Source: Octopus sinensis (Eukaryota). From it: DNA of 64,000 nt. Of the stretch, positions 25,755-39,073 are shown one piece after another. Location of the stretch: contig NC_043004.1 in NCBI RefSeq assembly GCF_006345805.1, positions 86,304,001 through 86,368,000 of the forward strand, read 5' to 3'. The translations under genes and the position numbers were made by a program. The notes under the pieces are model-generated. The model did no database searches, was not told the DNA's origin, and worked only from the letters and a program-made list of their open reading frames with translations. Numbering within the stretch: position 1 is the stretch's first letter; each line of letters starts with the position of its first letter.

Positions 25755-25760
25755 CATATA
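25200..25760. repeat. Long compound (TA)n microsatellite inside a family-A SINE (- strand, ~25010-25912)
   Basis: SINE 3' part on the left, SINE head on the right of the tract. Confidence 0.85.
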
Positions 25761-27099
25761 CAACGATGGATTCTTTCAGTTTCCGTCTACCAAATCCACT
25801 CACAAGGCTTTGGCTAGCCCGAGGCTATAGTAGAAGACGCTTGCTCAAGGTGCCACGCAGTAGGACTGAACCCAGAATCTTGTGGTCGAGAAGCAAACTT
25901 TTTACCACACAGCAAAGATAACACCCCCTTTTTTTTTTGGTGGGACGAAATTTAGGAATTTAGGTCTCTGTCATGAGCCCCTGGGTAAAAAAACTGGAGC
26001 TTAACCTGATTTTCATCGAGCATAAATGACTGAGATTACATCACTCCCCCCGAATAGGACGCAAGTCCATCGCAGGGTTAACTTCCCTGATATTGCTGTA
26101 ACTCACAACTGTGCTGACTGGAGCAACGTGAAATGAATTTGTTTTTGCTCAAGAATGCAACGCACTGCCTGGTCTAAGAATCGAAACCACGATCTAACGA
26201 TCATGAGTGCAATACCCTAACTTCTAGGTCACGCTTTTCGAAAATGATAAATTCAGTATAAAATATCATAGCTAATAGTAACACAAATTTGTTAAAACAG
26301 AAATGAGAGGAAGGTATTTAACAAACTGTGTGTCTATATGTATATATCGGATTTCAAACAGACTAAGAGTCGTGCATGCACAATCATATATCACTGATAT
26401 ACATATATGTCTGTATATCATGTCTCTATTTACACTTACGCTGTACATGCATATGCGTATGTGCATGTATCTGCAAACATACACTTTCATTTAAATATAT
26501 GTATTGGATTTATTAGTTTTGTTATTGTTGTTGTTGTTTTTTGTTTCTTTCTTTTTTTATATAAAAATTTTTTTCCAAAAAAAAATGCAAAAACGTGATG
26601 ACATTCAGAAATGTTGTGAAAACACTAATGTTTCCTTTAAACAAATTGTGAAATGAAATATAAACCATTTTATGCATACCTGTTTTCATATACATATACA
26701 CATATGTAAGTGTACACTTACACACACACACAGTCAAATACAGAATCATACTCACATACACACAAAGACGCACATATTCAAACACAAAAATACACATAAA
26801 CACATAACCACGCACACACACACATAAACACACACACATAAAGCAAACTATAGGAATACCATCGGAATTTATATTTTCTACAATATAAAAAAAAATTATG
26901 TATTCATATTCTGGAATCTACGTTTTGCTAGAACAAAAAAAATTGTTTAGCAACGCTCAAAGACGTTTTTTAATCAAAATTTTTCACCCTTTCTTACCAA
27001 CAAAGCGATGAATTTATATTCATAGACGCCATGTTGTGAACACTTGTCCTTCGTTTATGTCCATCATTCATTTTGTATTTATTACAGTATGTAAGTGTG

Positions 27100-27140
<41 letters not shown>

Positions 27141-27234
27141 ATGAGTATGTGTGTCTGTGTGTGTGTGTGTGTGAGAGCATAAATGCTTAAGTATATATAT
27201 ATATATACGTGTACATATATATATACAATATCAT

Positions 27235-27289
<55 letters not shown>

Positions 27290-27505
27290 AAATACAATAT
27301 TATATATATATGTGTGTGTATATATAGTATGCAATATTGCATATATTATATATACAATATTTTATATATTATATATATGTGTGGTGTGTGTTGTGTGTAT
27401 AATATGCAATATTGCATATATATATATACAATATTTTATATATATATATATATATATTGTTGGTGTGTATAATATGCAATATTGCATATATATATATATA
27501 ATACA

Positions 27506-27556
<51 letters not shown>

Positions 27557-28380
27557 GCACATATATATGCACACGCACATATATATGTCTATACATACAC
27601 ACGCATACATATATAATATTATATATGTGTGTGTGTATATGTGTGTGTGTATGTGTGTATATGTATGTATGTATGTATGTATGTATTAGAATTAAAAAAT
27701 ATTGTCTGCACCAGGACTATTTGTAATTTTTCATTAAGAATCCATATTAGTAACACAGATCGAAGATTCCAATTAGGAAACCATATTAGTTGCACTGATC
27801 AAATATTCCAATTATGAATCTTTATTAATTACACTCATCGAATATTCCAATTGTCTCAAAGAATTTCTTTTAGATGAACATTTTTTATGAAGAATTTTTG
27901 TGTACATTTTGTTTTTTGATTGTTTTTTTTTTGTGCGTTGTAAAAAATTAATCACCACCCACTCCACACCCATTCCGGAAAAAATATTGATAATGGGAGG
28001 TCTTTTTTTTTTAATTGATTGGGAATAATTAAACGTTTAATCGGGTCGCTGTATTTTTCTTTTCTTCTTTTTTTTGAATTTTAATTTAATAATATAAATT
28101 AAAAAACTTCAAAGTGTAAGAATCTGTTTGGAAAAAAAAAACATAATGAACAATAAAAGGGAGATTGTTATATAGATTCTTCTTTTAATTTCTTGCTGAT
28201 GCTGAAGTTGTTGTTGTTGTTGTTGTTGTTGTTGCTCCTGCTGCTGCTGCTGCTGATGCAGCAGACTGAAAATTCGAAAAACAAACATCCAATGAAAAAT
28301 GCAGTTCTATATTTAAGAGATGAGGAATCATGTATATTATTTACATTTGACGGATATTTGTCCTCATCTTCTTTGTTGTT

Positions 28381-28426
28381 AACACAACGTTTCGGCTGAT
28401 ATACCCTCCAGCCTTCATCAGGTGTC
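28381..28426 (-). ncRNA. Minimal hammerhead ribozyme, canonical core
   Basis: On - strand gacac-CTGATGA-a-ggctg/gagggtatat/cagcc-GAAA-cg-TT-gtgtt; palindromic stem III acgt. Confidence 0.8.
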
Positions 28427-28689
28427 TTGGGGGAATTTCAAACCTGGGTTCTCATTCCTAAGGTAGTTTTCGATGTTATTATTATCATCATCATTATTAT
28501 TATCATTACTATTATTATTATCATTATCATTACTATTATTATTATCATTATCATTACTATTATCCTTATTATTATTATTATTATTATTATTGTTATTGTT
28601 ATTGAGACCTGAACAATAATAATAATAATAATAATGATAACATCGAAAAATACCTTAGGAATGAGAACCCAGGTTCGAAATTTCCCCAA

Positions 28690-28735
28690 GACACCTGAAG
28701 AAGGCTAGAGGGTATATCAGCCGAAAAGTTATGTT
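28690..28735 (+). ncRNA. Hammerhead, mutated sister copy
   Basis: gacac-CTGAAGA-a-ggcta...cagcc-GAAA-ag-TT-atgtt; stems I-III carry mismatches. Confidence 0.6.
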
Positions 28736-28852
28736 AACCAGAACAAGATGAGGACAAATATCCGTCGAATCTAAATAATGTAAATAATGTACCAATGAAA
28801 ACTATTTCACAATCTATCCGGATGTTGTCGATGAAAAAGTCGTTTAATTTAC

Positions 28853-29110
28853 GTGTTTATGATACCACGAACAGAATGGAATTGCAGGTGCCACTTCCAA
28901 CGAAAAGAACAGGATTGCAGAGCGAACTACGCAAATTCAAAACCAACATTTTGTATTCAGTCCCAACAGAACCACCAATGCCCGATCTGCAGCAGAGACT
29001 TCCGAGCATGCACTGGACTGATTGGCCAAAGCCGGACACACCGTGTCCCATCTTTTCCCATATGATGTCCTTGGTCAACGTCGACAACGACGGACGAACA
29101 AACGAACTAA
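28853..29110 (+). pseudogene. RTE (BovB-like) LINE 3' end
   Basis: HQCPICSRDFRACTGLIGQSRTHR is a decayed C2H2-type C-terminus of RTE ORF2, followed by a short-repeat tail. Confidence 0.65.
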
Positions 29111-29540
29111 CAAACAAACAAAATAACTCACTAGCTTACTAATAAACTGACCAGGTTTCCGAAAAACAAAAGAAAACTGTACATTATAGCAATACAGTAC
29201 AGGAAGACTGACCATATATGAATACCAAGGAAGAAATGAAAATTCAAAACCTGAAGAGGGCACAGCTGTGCTCAGAAGGAAAAATAATGTCTTTCGTTTT
29301 ATAAATTGATAAGCAACTTATCTTTTGCTGATTTCAGCCACTAGATTACGACCATGCTGGAGTACCATCTTGAAGAATTTTTTTAGTCGAAAATATGAAT
29401 TGACCCTGGAACTGTATTTTTTTTAAGCCTAAGCCTGGTACCCATTCCATTGGTTCTTTGACTGAACCACTAAATTATGGGGACGTAAACGCCGGTTGTC
29501 AAGCAGTGTGTGTGTGTGTGTTTATTTGTGTATGTATATA

Positions 29541-29631
29541 CGAGGGGTGTATGAAAAGTCTTGAGCCTCAAAAAAGCAAAACATGGTACAAGACTTCTGA
29601 TGAAGGTACAAAACTTTTCATACACCCCTCC
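29541..29631. mobile_element. Tc1/mariner mini-MITE
   Basis: 18-bp perfect TIR gaggggtgtatgaaaagt / acttttcatacacccctc, TA flanks. Confidence 0.8.
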
Positions 29632-29635
29632 TATA

Positions 29636-29706
<71 letters not shown>

Positions 29707-30607
29707 AAATACAAAATGGGACAAGAACACAAAACATCCGGACAGTTAGGTGATACAAAAAGGGACAACGAAACATCCAGTAGACAATACAAAGAAAACA
29801 AGGACGGGTCATTCGAAGTTTTCTTTCTTCAATCGAGTACCAGATTATCTTCACAACTTCGGCTGATTATACACGAGATTGCTCCAATCTGGCCAGCCCC
29901 AAGTAATCAAACCTCTTACCACTCATCCACGCCTGTTAATGTTTTGGTGGTCTTAATGCTTAACCCGTTTTTTTTTTTTGTGTTTTCAGTGGAGGTTTTT
30001 TTTAGAGACATCGTCAACTTGGTAGTTTTGAAATTCTAAAGCATAGGTTTAGGTCCGTCATGAGTCGCAGAACTTATAATACCAGGGTTTAACCGGATTT
30101 CTATGTCGTCTGAGTGATCGAGATTATAACCCTACCCCTTCCTGGACGGGAAACCGGTTCGTTATATGGTTATCTTCCCAGCTATTGCGGAACGTATTTT
30201 CCAGCTGAGTGGACTGGAGCAACGTGAAATGATGTGTTTTGTTCAAGAACATAACGCACCGCCCAGTTCAGGAATCGTAACTACGATCTTACGATTATGA
30301 GCGCAGTACCATAGCCACTTGGCTACGCAACTTTACAAAATCTAAATGCAGATGAGCCCCTCCCCAGCTATGATGTAGAGGCTCCCGCGTGGGCTCCCCG
30401 CGTTCGAATTAATTAGAATATATGTGAAAGCATGTGATCGTTTTCATCAACTTATAATGCAGAAAGAGCAACGAACTGGTGGGTGACAAACCTAAAGAGT
30501 ATGTCTTCAATATGCAAGTGTCATAACGTTGCATGACCCCTATTTTTTCAAGATCACTACTTGCAGTGAGACTACAGAGCATAACGAAGAGAGACCGTTG
30601 ATACATA

Positions 30608-30824
30608 CGAGAGGGTGCTAAAAAGTTCCTGGCTTTGCTTAAAAGAAAATACAGGTGGATCAGTTAATCATGGTTTTACTCGGCATATTGCCCTTTCAGA
30701 TTCACACACTTATTGCAGCGGTCCTTCAGTTTTTCTAAGCCCTGTAAAATAACTCGGAAGGTTGGGTCTCCAGCCAGGCCTTTCACAACACTCTTAAAGC
30801 CAGAAAATTTTCGTCACCCCATTG
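30608..30824. mobile_element. Tc1/mariner MITE
   Basis: TA-cgagagggtgctaaaaagttcctggcttt ... aaagccagaaaattttcgtcacccc attg-TA imperfect TIRs. Confidence 0.7.
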
Positions 30825-31237
30825 TAGAATTAAATGTAAATGCTAAATTCAGGTTATTATTTTAAAGCTAGTTAAGGCGATGAGAAGACAGAACTGTTGG
30901 ATCGTTGGGATAAATGCTTTGCGATATTTCTATCGACTATTTAGATTCTGAGTTTAAACTCCGCTGAGTGGACTTTCGGGAAGAATTGGAATTGGCGGTA
31001 TCGACTAATCGATTACCTTCAAAATTACCGGTTAGTCTTGTACCTAAATTAGAAAATATTTTAAAGTTAGTTTAAGAATAACGACAGAACATGGAGTGAC
31101 TCAATATTGAAACTAGAGACAAATTTATTGTAAAGTTTGTGCTGGCTCAGAATTCAAAATTCCAAGTCACGTAGAGTGCCAGTTGTAGGATGAGAGAGAG
31201 AGGGGGAGAGGGGAGAGAGAGAGAGAGAGAGAGAGGG

Positions 31238-31268
<31 letters not shown>

Positions 31269-32270
31269 CAATAAGTGCTTTAAAGAAAAGTTAGATAAAT
31301 AGGTAGATGAAAGATTGGCAATATGGAGAGAGAATGAAAGGGAGAAATTGTCAACGATCAGTAAGCAGGAACGCTGGCGAGACAGGAAATCAGGCGAGCA
31401 GACAAGGAAATGTAGAGAAAGATGAAGAAAGAATGAGAAAACTTCTCAATCACGTAAATGTTATTGGTAGAAACACACGACATGGAACTGAGCTAATATT
31501 GGATTCAAATTTTGGTACAAAGCCCACAACTTCGGGGGAGGGGTAAGTTGATTCCAATGACCCCAGTGCGAAACTGATACTTATTTTATCGACCTCGAAA
31601 CGATGAAATACAAAGTCGACCTCGGCGGAATTTGAACTCAGAACGTAAAGACGGGTGAAATGCCGCTAAGCATTTTGCCCGTCGTGCTGACGACTCTGCC
31701 AGCTCACCGCCTTAAACTGAGTTAATATTGGAGAAAGATACCTGGGTGTGGTGTCGCGAAATTCTTCTAAGTAGATAGAGACTGCTTGGAAAAGAAAGCA
31801 ACTTGAAATATGAAACAAAACAAAATATTATGACAGAAGAATAGAGACGAAGTTTTTTGGACTAAGAGTTGATTGCAAATTTTTTTTCTTTTTTTTTTAT
31901 TATTATTATTATAATTCAGAACAAAGAAATTGGTTAAACAGTTAAGTTTTAACATCATAAATAAAATGTTACATACGCACTCACACACATCTCCCATACA
32001 TATCCACACATGCTACACGAGGAGGATACATGGGCTCTGCCCCTCCTCCTCCTCCTCCTTTAAGTCAAGTAAACAGAAAATAAAAAAAAACATTATAATA
32101 ATAATAATAATAATAATAAAGGAGCTCGCATTCAGTTGCAGTTTTATATGTTTTATATATGCATTCACGTGCACGTGTGTATTATATACATACATGAGTA
32201 TATATAACATACCTTCAAACTCGTACAAAATGCATATACACGAGATGTATGTGTATATGTAGAGTACATG

Positions 32271-32302
<32 letters not shown>

Positions 32303-32665
32303 CACACACACGGAAACATATCCAAATACATATACGCAAACTATATACATACACACACAAGCATGCATATTCAGAAATGCATGCGTGTGTATGCAAACAT
32401 AGCATATATATTGTGTATAATTCACATTACATACACACACACACACATATACATGTATGTATATATATTCATACACACAGAGCATATAAAACAAAGCAGT
32501 TATTTAATATATACACATCGGCCACAGTGACAAACCTAAAACATGGAATGATTCTCTTATCATGTCACTGTAGCATCTATTAATTACTCATCTTTAAATG
32601 TTTTTTCCCAATTATGTAACAAATTAACTGTTTTAATTATTACTTAGATTGAATGACAAACAGCA

Positions 32666-32985
32666 ACTTCTGAATGCTTCAGCTCCTTGACAAACTATTA
32701 ACATGTAAGAAATTAAACAAATGACAACAGAGTAAGAAATTATCATGAACATCATTAACTTACAGTTCTTTCTGCTATTAGATGCAGTGCACTCCTAGTT
32801 GAATGCTTGTGTGTCACCCTATAGCTTCACAGGAGCTTAAAACACAAGCATTCAACTATGAGCGCATCGTATCTTATAACAGAAACAGCTGTTAAGTAAT
32901 GAAACACATGATATAATTTCTTATTTCAATCATTTTCATTTCTTATGACCGTTCTGAACTCAACTGAGGCTTCATTCTGAAGCAA
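32666..32985. repeat. Long imperfect inverted repeat
   Basis: Core arms 32733-32812 and 32842-32923 with a 17-bp perfect inner stem; weaker pairing extends outward. Confidence 0.85.
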
Positions 32986-33247
32986 GAAACATATCGAGTT
33001 TGAAGACCAGGTTATTAGTATCATTATGCCGCAACGATATAATATATACATATATATATATGTATGTGTATATAAAGATGTAAATTGCAAACGACGATAA
33101 TGAGTGATCAACACCGCATTGGTGGATAAAATTTCTTTATTTGTGTATTAAGGTTACCAATGGTTTCATATTAAGAAAATTATCCTAACAATTTTCCAAG
33201 TCAATCACACAGAGAAATAGTGTTCGTCTCCAATTTTCCACCAATGT

Positions 33248-33288
<41 letters not shown>

Positions 33289-33865
33289 ATGGAGGTTTAC
33301 AGTTGATTCATGGTTTATATCATTTTAATTTTTCTTTTTTTAATTGATAAATTTCCCCATCATTGATTGGACTAATTTTGATATTTCTTTGTCTTAATAT
33401 ACTGTGCTGTCCTTATATTCCTTTTGAGATCTTAGTCTACAATATTAATTTCTCAGTCTCACTTTCTCTCCTACACAAATTATAAACACATGCATGCCCA
33501 TGCATATATATATATATAATATATATATATATACATACATACATATATGTATGCAAGTATTACACTGGTGTGAATGCAAGTTAAGCGAATGAATGTACTC
33601 AATACAGTGAAATACTGTGGAATAATTTTTATTTATCATGAGTCACATGAGAGCCAGGAATGTGAAACTCTTGAGTAGCAACTCACACAGACTCACCCAC
33701 ACATACATATATATATATATACACACACACGAGTAGAAGACACCCACCATACATGCATATATATATATATATATATACATATGTCCTCTCTTCTAACAAC
33801 TTTCTTTCTAGTGACAAAGCATTCAAAGTTTACAAAGTCAGGCATGCACACACTTTGTCCCTTGA

Positions 33866-33903
<38 letters not shown>

Positions 33904-34076
33904 CACAATATCTTCTTCTCTTGCAACTGTCTTTTGTAGACTTCACAAGCAAACATAAAATATAAGAATTTAAAGCAAAAAAAAAAGGAAAAGGAAAAAA
34001 AATTTAAATCATTTTACATTGTTTTCTTTTTTGTCTTTTCATTATTATTTTGTTTTTGTCACATTACACACACACG

Positions 34077-34112
<36 letters not shown>

Positions 34113-34979
34113 GATATATATACATATATATATATATATAATATATATATATATATGTATGTATGAACATGGTGTGTGTCAGTTTGAAATTCCTTTGGTA
34201 GGAACCTCGAACCAGAGACAACAAGATGAGTCTAATACTTTGGGAAATCAGCAAAGAGATAAATTAGAGGACAAACGCATGGAACACAACAGCGTAAACA
34301 GAACAAATCGTCTAAGAGAAAAGACAAACAATAAATCTTTGTTTTGTCACTTTCGGGTGTTTTGTTTTTGTTCTTTGTTTTTTGGGGGTTTTTATTTTTA
34401 CCTTTTGCTGTTGTTTTCTTTGCTTTGAAAATATTGTCTTTTGAAAAAAAAATCTTCGAAAGAACAGAATATGAGGATGAGAGATGGAGATTTTTGGAAG
34501 TGTGAGAGAGTGTGTGTGTGTGTGTGTGTGAAAGAGAGAACAATGAATAGGCAGCAAGAAAAAAAAAAGAGTTAGAAAAAAGGTAATTCCAAAATACTTG
34601 CACAGCAGCAAAACAACATAGATGGAGGGGGGGGTGAGAAAGAAGAGGAGGAGAAGAGGTGGCAAGAAGGTGAGGGAGATGGGGTGGGGTGGGGAAAGGA
34701 CTGTAAGAACCCAAGGTAAGATTCATTGCAATGGTAGAGGTGGCGCTGCTGCTGTTGGCAATGATGATGATGATGATGATGATGACCATTCTGCTGTTAT
34801 TGGTAACAGCAAAAGGGGGTCAGCATATATGAATGCAATGAGGTCTTACGGAGGGAGAGAGATCTCAGAATATTCAAAGATGAAGGAGGGCAAAAGAAAT
34901 GTATGTGTGTGTGTGTGTCTGTGTGTATAAACACATGTATACATGAACATATATATATACCTATACACAAACAAACATG

Positions 34980-35011
<32 letters not shown>

Positions 35012-35146
35012 ATATATATATACAAATATATATATATATACATATATATAGAGATATAGATAGATACATACATATATACCTACACACATATAAATATATA
35101 TATACATACATATATACATACACACCACACACATATACCTATACAC

Positions 35147-35186
<40 letters not shown>

Positions 35187-35372
35187 ATACACACACACAT
35201 ACATATATATGTGCATATATATAGAATTGTTAACCAATTTGAGAGATAATACAGTATCTACCAAGATAACTTATCCATTTTATACTCTATTATATATATA
35301 TACATGCGTGTATGTATGTATGTATGTATACATATATATGCATAATACATATATGTATTTATAAATCTTTGT

Positions 35373-35409
<37 letters not shown>

Positions 35410-35574
35410 GCAAAGAACAAATAAACAAAGTTCAATCATTGAGAAACAGTCAATCACATTATTCTTTTAACATTTGGTCCACCTCTACATAAAAATCTGA
35501 TTTCTGAAAAATGTTGGAAATCAATTTAAATCTGTTATGTTAATCATGAGGATAATCCTACCACCACCACCAAC

Positions 35575-35605
<31 letters not shown>

Positions 35606-36124
35606 CACACACACCACCTGAAGATCCTAAACAGGGGAGGAAAAAATGCAAGCCACAGTGGAAGAGTGGTAGCAGTGACAAAAGTTGTAGTATGAGTGAT
35701 AAAGTAAAAGCCAGAAGCCATATGCCAGTTTGAAAATATGTGAAAAGTTGGTCATTTAAAAAAAAATTTGTAATATGCTGTACTCAGACAAACTAACAAA
35801 AAAAAATGAGAGAAATAAACAAAAAAAAACAGGAAAGGAATAATGATTAAATAAATAAACTAAGCAGACATAGTTGGTTCTACACTTAATATTACACTAC
35901 ACTATAACGTCCAAAGGAGAACATGGCCATCCAATTCGAAGAGGGTTAGACTTGGATTTTCAAATGGGGAGGAGGAGGTAAAAAAAATAACAGAAAAAGG
36001 AAAATAACAAAAAAGAAAATCCCTCTTCATGGAAAGACTTGTTTGCATCTTCAGGCATTAATGGGGAAATAATTAATTACTAACAACAACCATAAGTATA
36101 CACACACACACACGTATATGTATG

Positions 36125-36157
<33 letters not shown>

Positions 36158-36248
36158 CACACCATATATACACACATACACACAAACATATGCACACTCT
36201 ATATATTCACACACACACATTTATATATGTAAAGTACATTATGTAAAT

Positions 36249-36285
<37 letters not shown>

Positions 36286-37161
36286 CATACACACACAACC
36301 ATATGTAAATGTGTGTGTGTATATACACACACCCCAGAAACATTCAGTTCTATACACACTGTGACATCCGGAAAATAAGCCTGTAACATAACTAACCAAC
36401 AAACATAACTAACATTCTTCAGGGATTTTAAACTTTCAACAGAACAACTTGAAATGCTAATCGTAGCCAGTAACCTTTCCAGTTTTCTCTCAAAAGTCTT
36501 CAATCAAATAAGTTTGTCTGCCAAATTCAAATAAAACAAATCAACCAGAAGTCCATATACATTTTCTTTTCTTTTCCTTTTTTTTTTTTTCTAGATTTCA
36601 ATGAGAAAGAAAGCACAAATATTCATGATTCTGTGCGGGATATGGGGGGGAGAAGGAAAATATATATATGTATAAATATAAAATATAAAAACACAGAAAT
36701 TAACCTCTGATGTTTTTTTTTGTTTGGATTTTTTTGTTTTTTGGGGGTTTTCTGTTAGTTTCTTTTTCCATTCCATGTTATTTCGTCTGTCCTTTCTTTT
36801 ATCTCCCCCATTTCCTTCCAATTTTAATCTCAAATTTTTCTTTTTCACATATCACAATCAATCTTTTTGAATGCGTCTTAAAATAACCAAGCTGTTCACT
36901 TGTCAAGGGAATTAATTATGGATAATAACAAAAAGAAAGCCAATATTGCTTTCAGTGTTATCTCCCTTGGACTTTGTATACAATTACAATAACATCCTTT
37001 TATTTTATTTTTTACCCGAGTAATAATAAAGTGATTGATTGATTGATCAATCAACAGGTCGAATTACTCGGATAACAAACAGCCAATTTATTATTGCAAG
37101 CGTCCTTTTTCTTTTACTTCTAAAACATTGAAGGTTGGTGTCCACAAAAGTTCTTCCATTC

Positions 37162-37223
37162 CTACGTCTGAATTTCTATATCACTATCAACCATCAAAGG
37201 TTCTTTTTCGTACTTTTTACTAC
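37162..37223 (-). CDS. MFSD14A: HIAT1/MFSD14 terminal coding exon
   Basis: tttacag| acceptor; (G)SKKYEKEPLMVDSDIEIQT*; EKEPLM is an acidic dileucine-type motif like the HIAT1 C-terminus. Confidence 0.85.
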
Positions 37224-38744
37224 CTGTAAAATACAACAGAAAAGACATTATTATTAATGTTATTAGATCTTCATTAATCATAAGGTGAGGGAGGGGGAAT
37301 ATACAATAAACCGTTAAAGCATGAGGGTTACAAAAGATACAGGTTTCGACAGGACGAAATTATGTCAAAACAAGATCACTAATAACATTATCTTTTACTT
37401 GTTTCGATTATTAGCCTGCAGCCATGCTGGAGCACCGCATTGTATGACAGTGATGCTTGCTTGTAATTATCACATGATGTCATGACAAGGAGAGACAAGC
37501 ATACATTTCTACATACATATATGGTCATTGCCAGTACTGCCTAACTGGCCCACGTGCCAGTGGCACGTAAAAAGCACCCACTACACTTTCGGAGTGGCTG
37601 GCGTTAGGAAGGGCATCCAGCTGTAGAAACTCTGCCAGATCAAGATTGGAGCCTGGTGCAGCCATCTGGTTCGCCGGCCCTCAGTCAAAATCGTCCAACC
37701 CATGCTAGCATGGAAAGAGGACGCTAAACGATGATGATGATATACATATGTATATGGATGCATAGATGTGTTCTCCAAGGCTTTGGTTGACCAGGGGCTA
37801 CAGTATTTGAGAAACAGATACGGATTGCTAACAGAAAAAGCATCTAATAGCAGAACACTGCTTTAACATGTTTCATCCTAACCCATACAAATATGATAAA
37901 ACCAAAACAGATGACAAGAGCAATAATGACAATAGTAATCATTTATCTTTTACTTGTTTCAATCATCAGACTGTGGCCATACTGGAGCACCGTCTTGAAG
38001 ATATTTTTTTAAAGCCTGATATCCTATGCATGTCTTATGCCAAATTGCTAAGTTATGGGGATGTAAACACACCAACATCAATTGTCAAGCAGTGATGGAG
38101 GACAAACACAGAGACAATGACATACGTACATACATACAAATATAATTGGCATGAAACTGCTGATATTTTGCATCATTGACTGAAGCGGGAAAACTCAGCT
38201 GCAAATATTCCATGTATCGTGTCTTTGTCTAATTTCCCATCTATTAAGTTTCTGTCTAGTTTCCTGTTTGCTTTCATCTAACTTGTAATCTTTCTGTTCA
38301 ACCCTTGATATATATATATCGGGTACATGCCATGAGTAATTACTCAGGGTAGGCAGCTGGTGACGTTTAATGTAGTAAAACACACACAAAAATAAGCAAA
38401 GCACAGACACGCAACTGAGTTGGAGACAGATTTGTTTCTGCCTTTATAGCGCATAAAGTAAAACGTTGTTGTAGGAGTGTACGCAGCATGTGAACTACAG
38501 CAGTATTATGCATAGCTTAAATACTGAGATAGAAAAGCAGGGGCAAATTATGCCAAACTAATCTACAAAAAAATAAACTATTTTGCATTTTATGCATAGT
38601 AATCAGAGTAACCTTCATAATTTTATTGAATAAGGTGCATCTTTTGCCATAAGAGGAAAATGTTACTATCGCTCTATTTTATTCAGGGTAGGCACTGCCT
38701 ACCTTGCCTACCCAGGTGACACATCCCTGATATATGTATATATA

Positions 38745-39001
38745 AATAAATTCGTTTTTGGATTTGGTTTGCAAGATTCTTTATGTGAGTTCGTGTGTTG
38801 AAGCATATTCTGTTGTGTCTGGGGAGAGTCATTTTCTTTTTGTGCCTTATAATTTAATACACTCAAGATTATTGAAAAGGTTGCAAGACGCAACGAAAAC
38901 TTTAGGAAAATAAAAATAAGAAATAAGTGGAAATTTTACCAGTGAGTGTGTTAAATTATAAGACACAAAAAGAAAATGACTCTCCCCAGACACAACAGAA
39001 T
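38745..39001. mobile_element. Penelope-like short element with ~59-bp inverted arms
   Basis: 38807-38865 vs 38943-39001 inverted; encloses a hammerhead-like motif. Confidence 0.7.
38869..38906 (+). ncRNA. Hammerhead-like motif, U3-A8 core variant
   Basis: tta-TTGAAAA-g-gttgc/aagac/gcaac-GAAA-ac-TT-tagg; stem I only 3 bp, apparently truncated near the inversion junction. Confidence 0.55.
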
Positions 39002-39073
39002 TCACTTAATGTAAACAAAATATGAGACAATGCATAGCGTTCTGTTAAATAATACATTAAAAAAACGCATAAT

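Larger units (their letters stand above)
28302..28791. mobile_element. Inverted pair of Penelope-like elements separated by (ATT)n
   Basis: ~28333-28478 is the reverse complement of ~28637-28791; same family at 44033-44170. Confidence 0.8.

Noticed and set aside
29251-29280. Hammerhead at ctgaaga-gggcac/gtgctc
   Set aside because: No GAAA, stem III or stem I downstream; at most a relic
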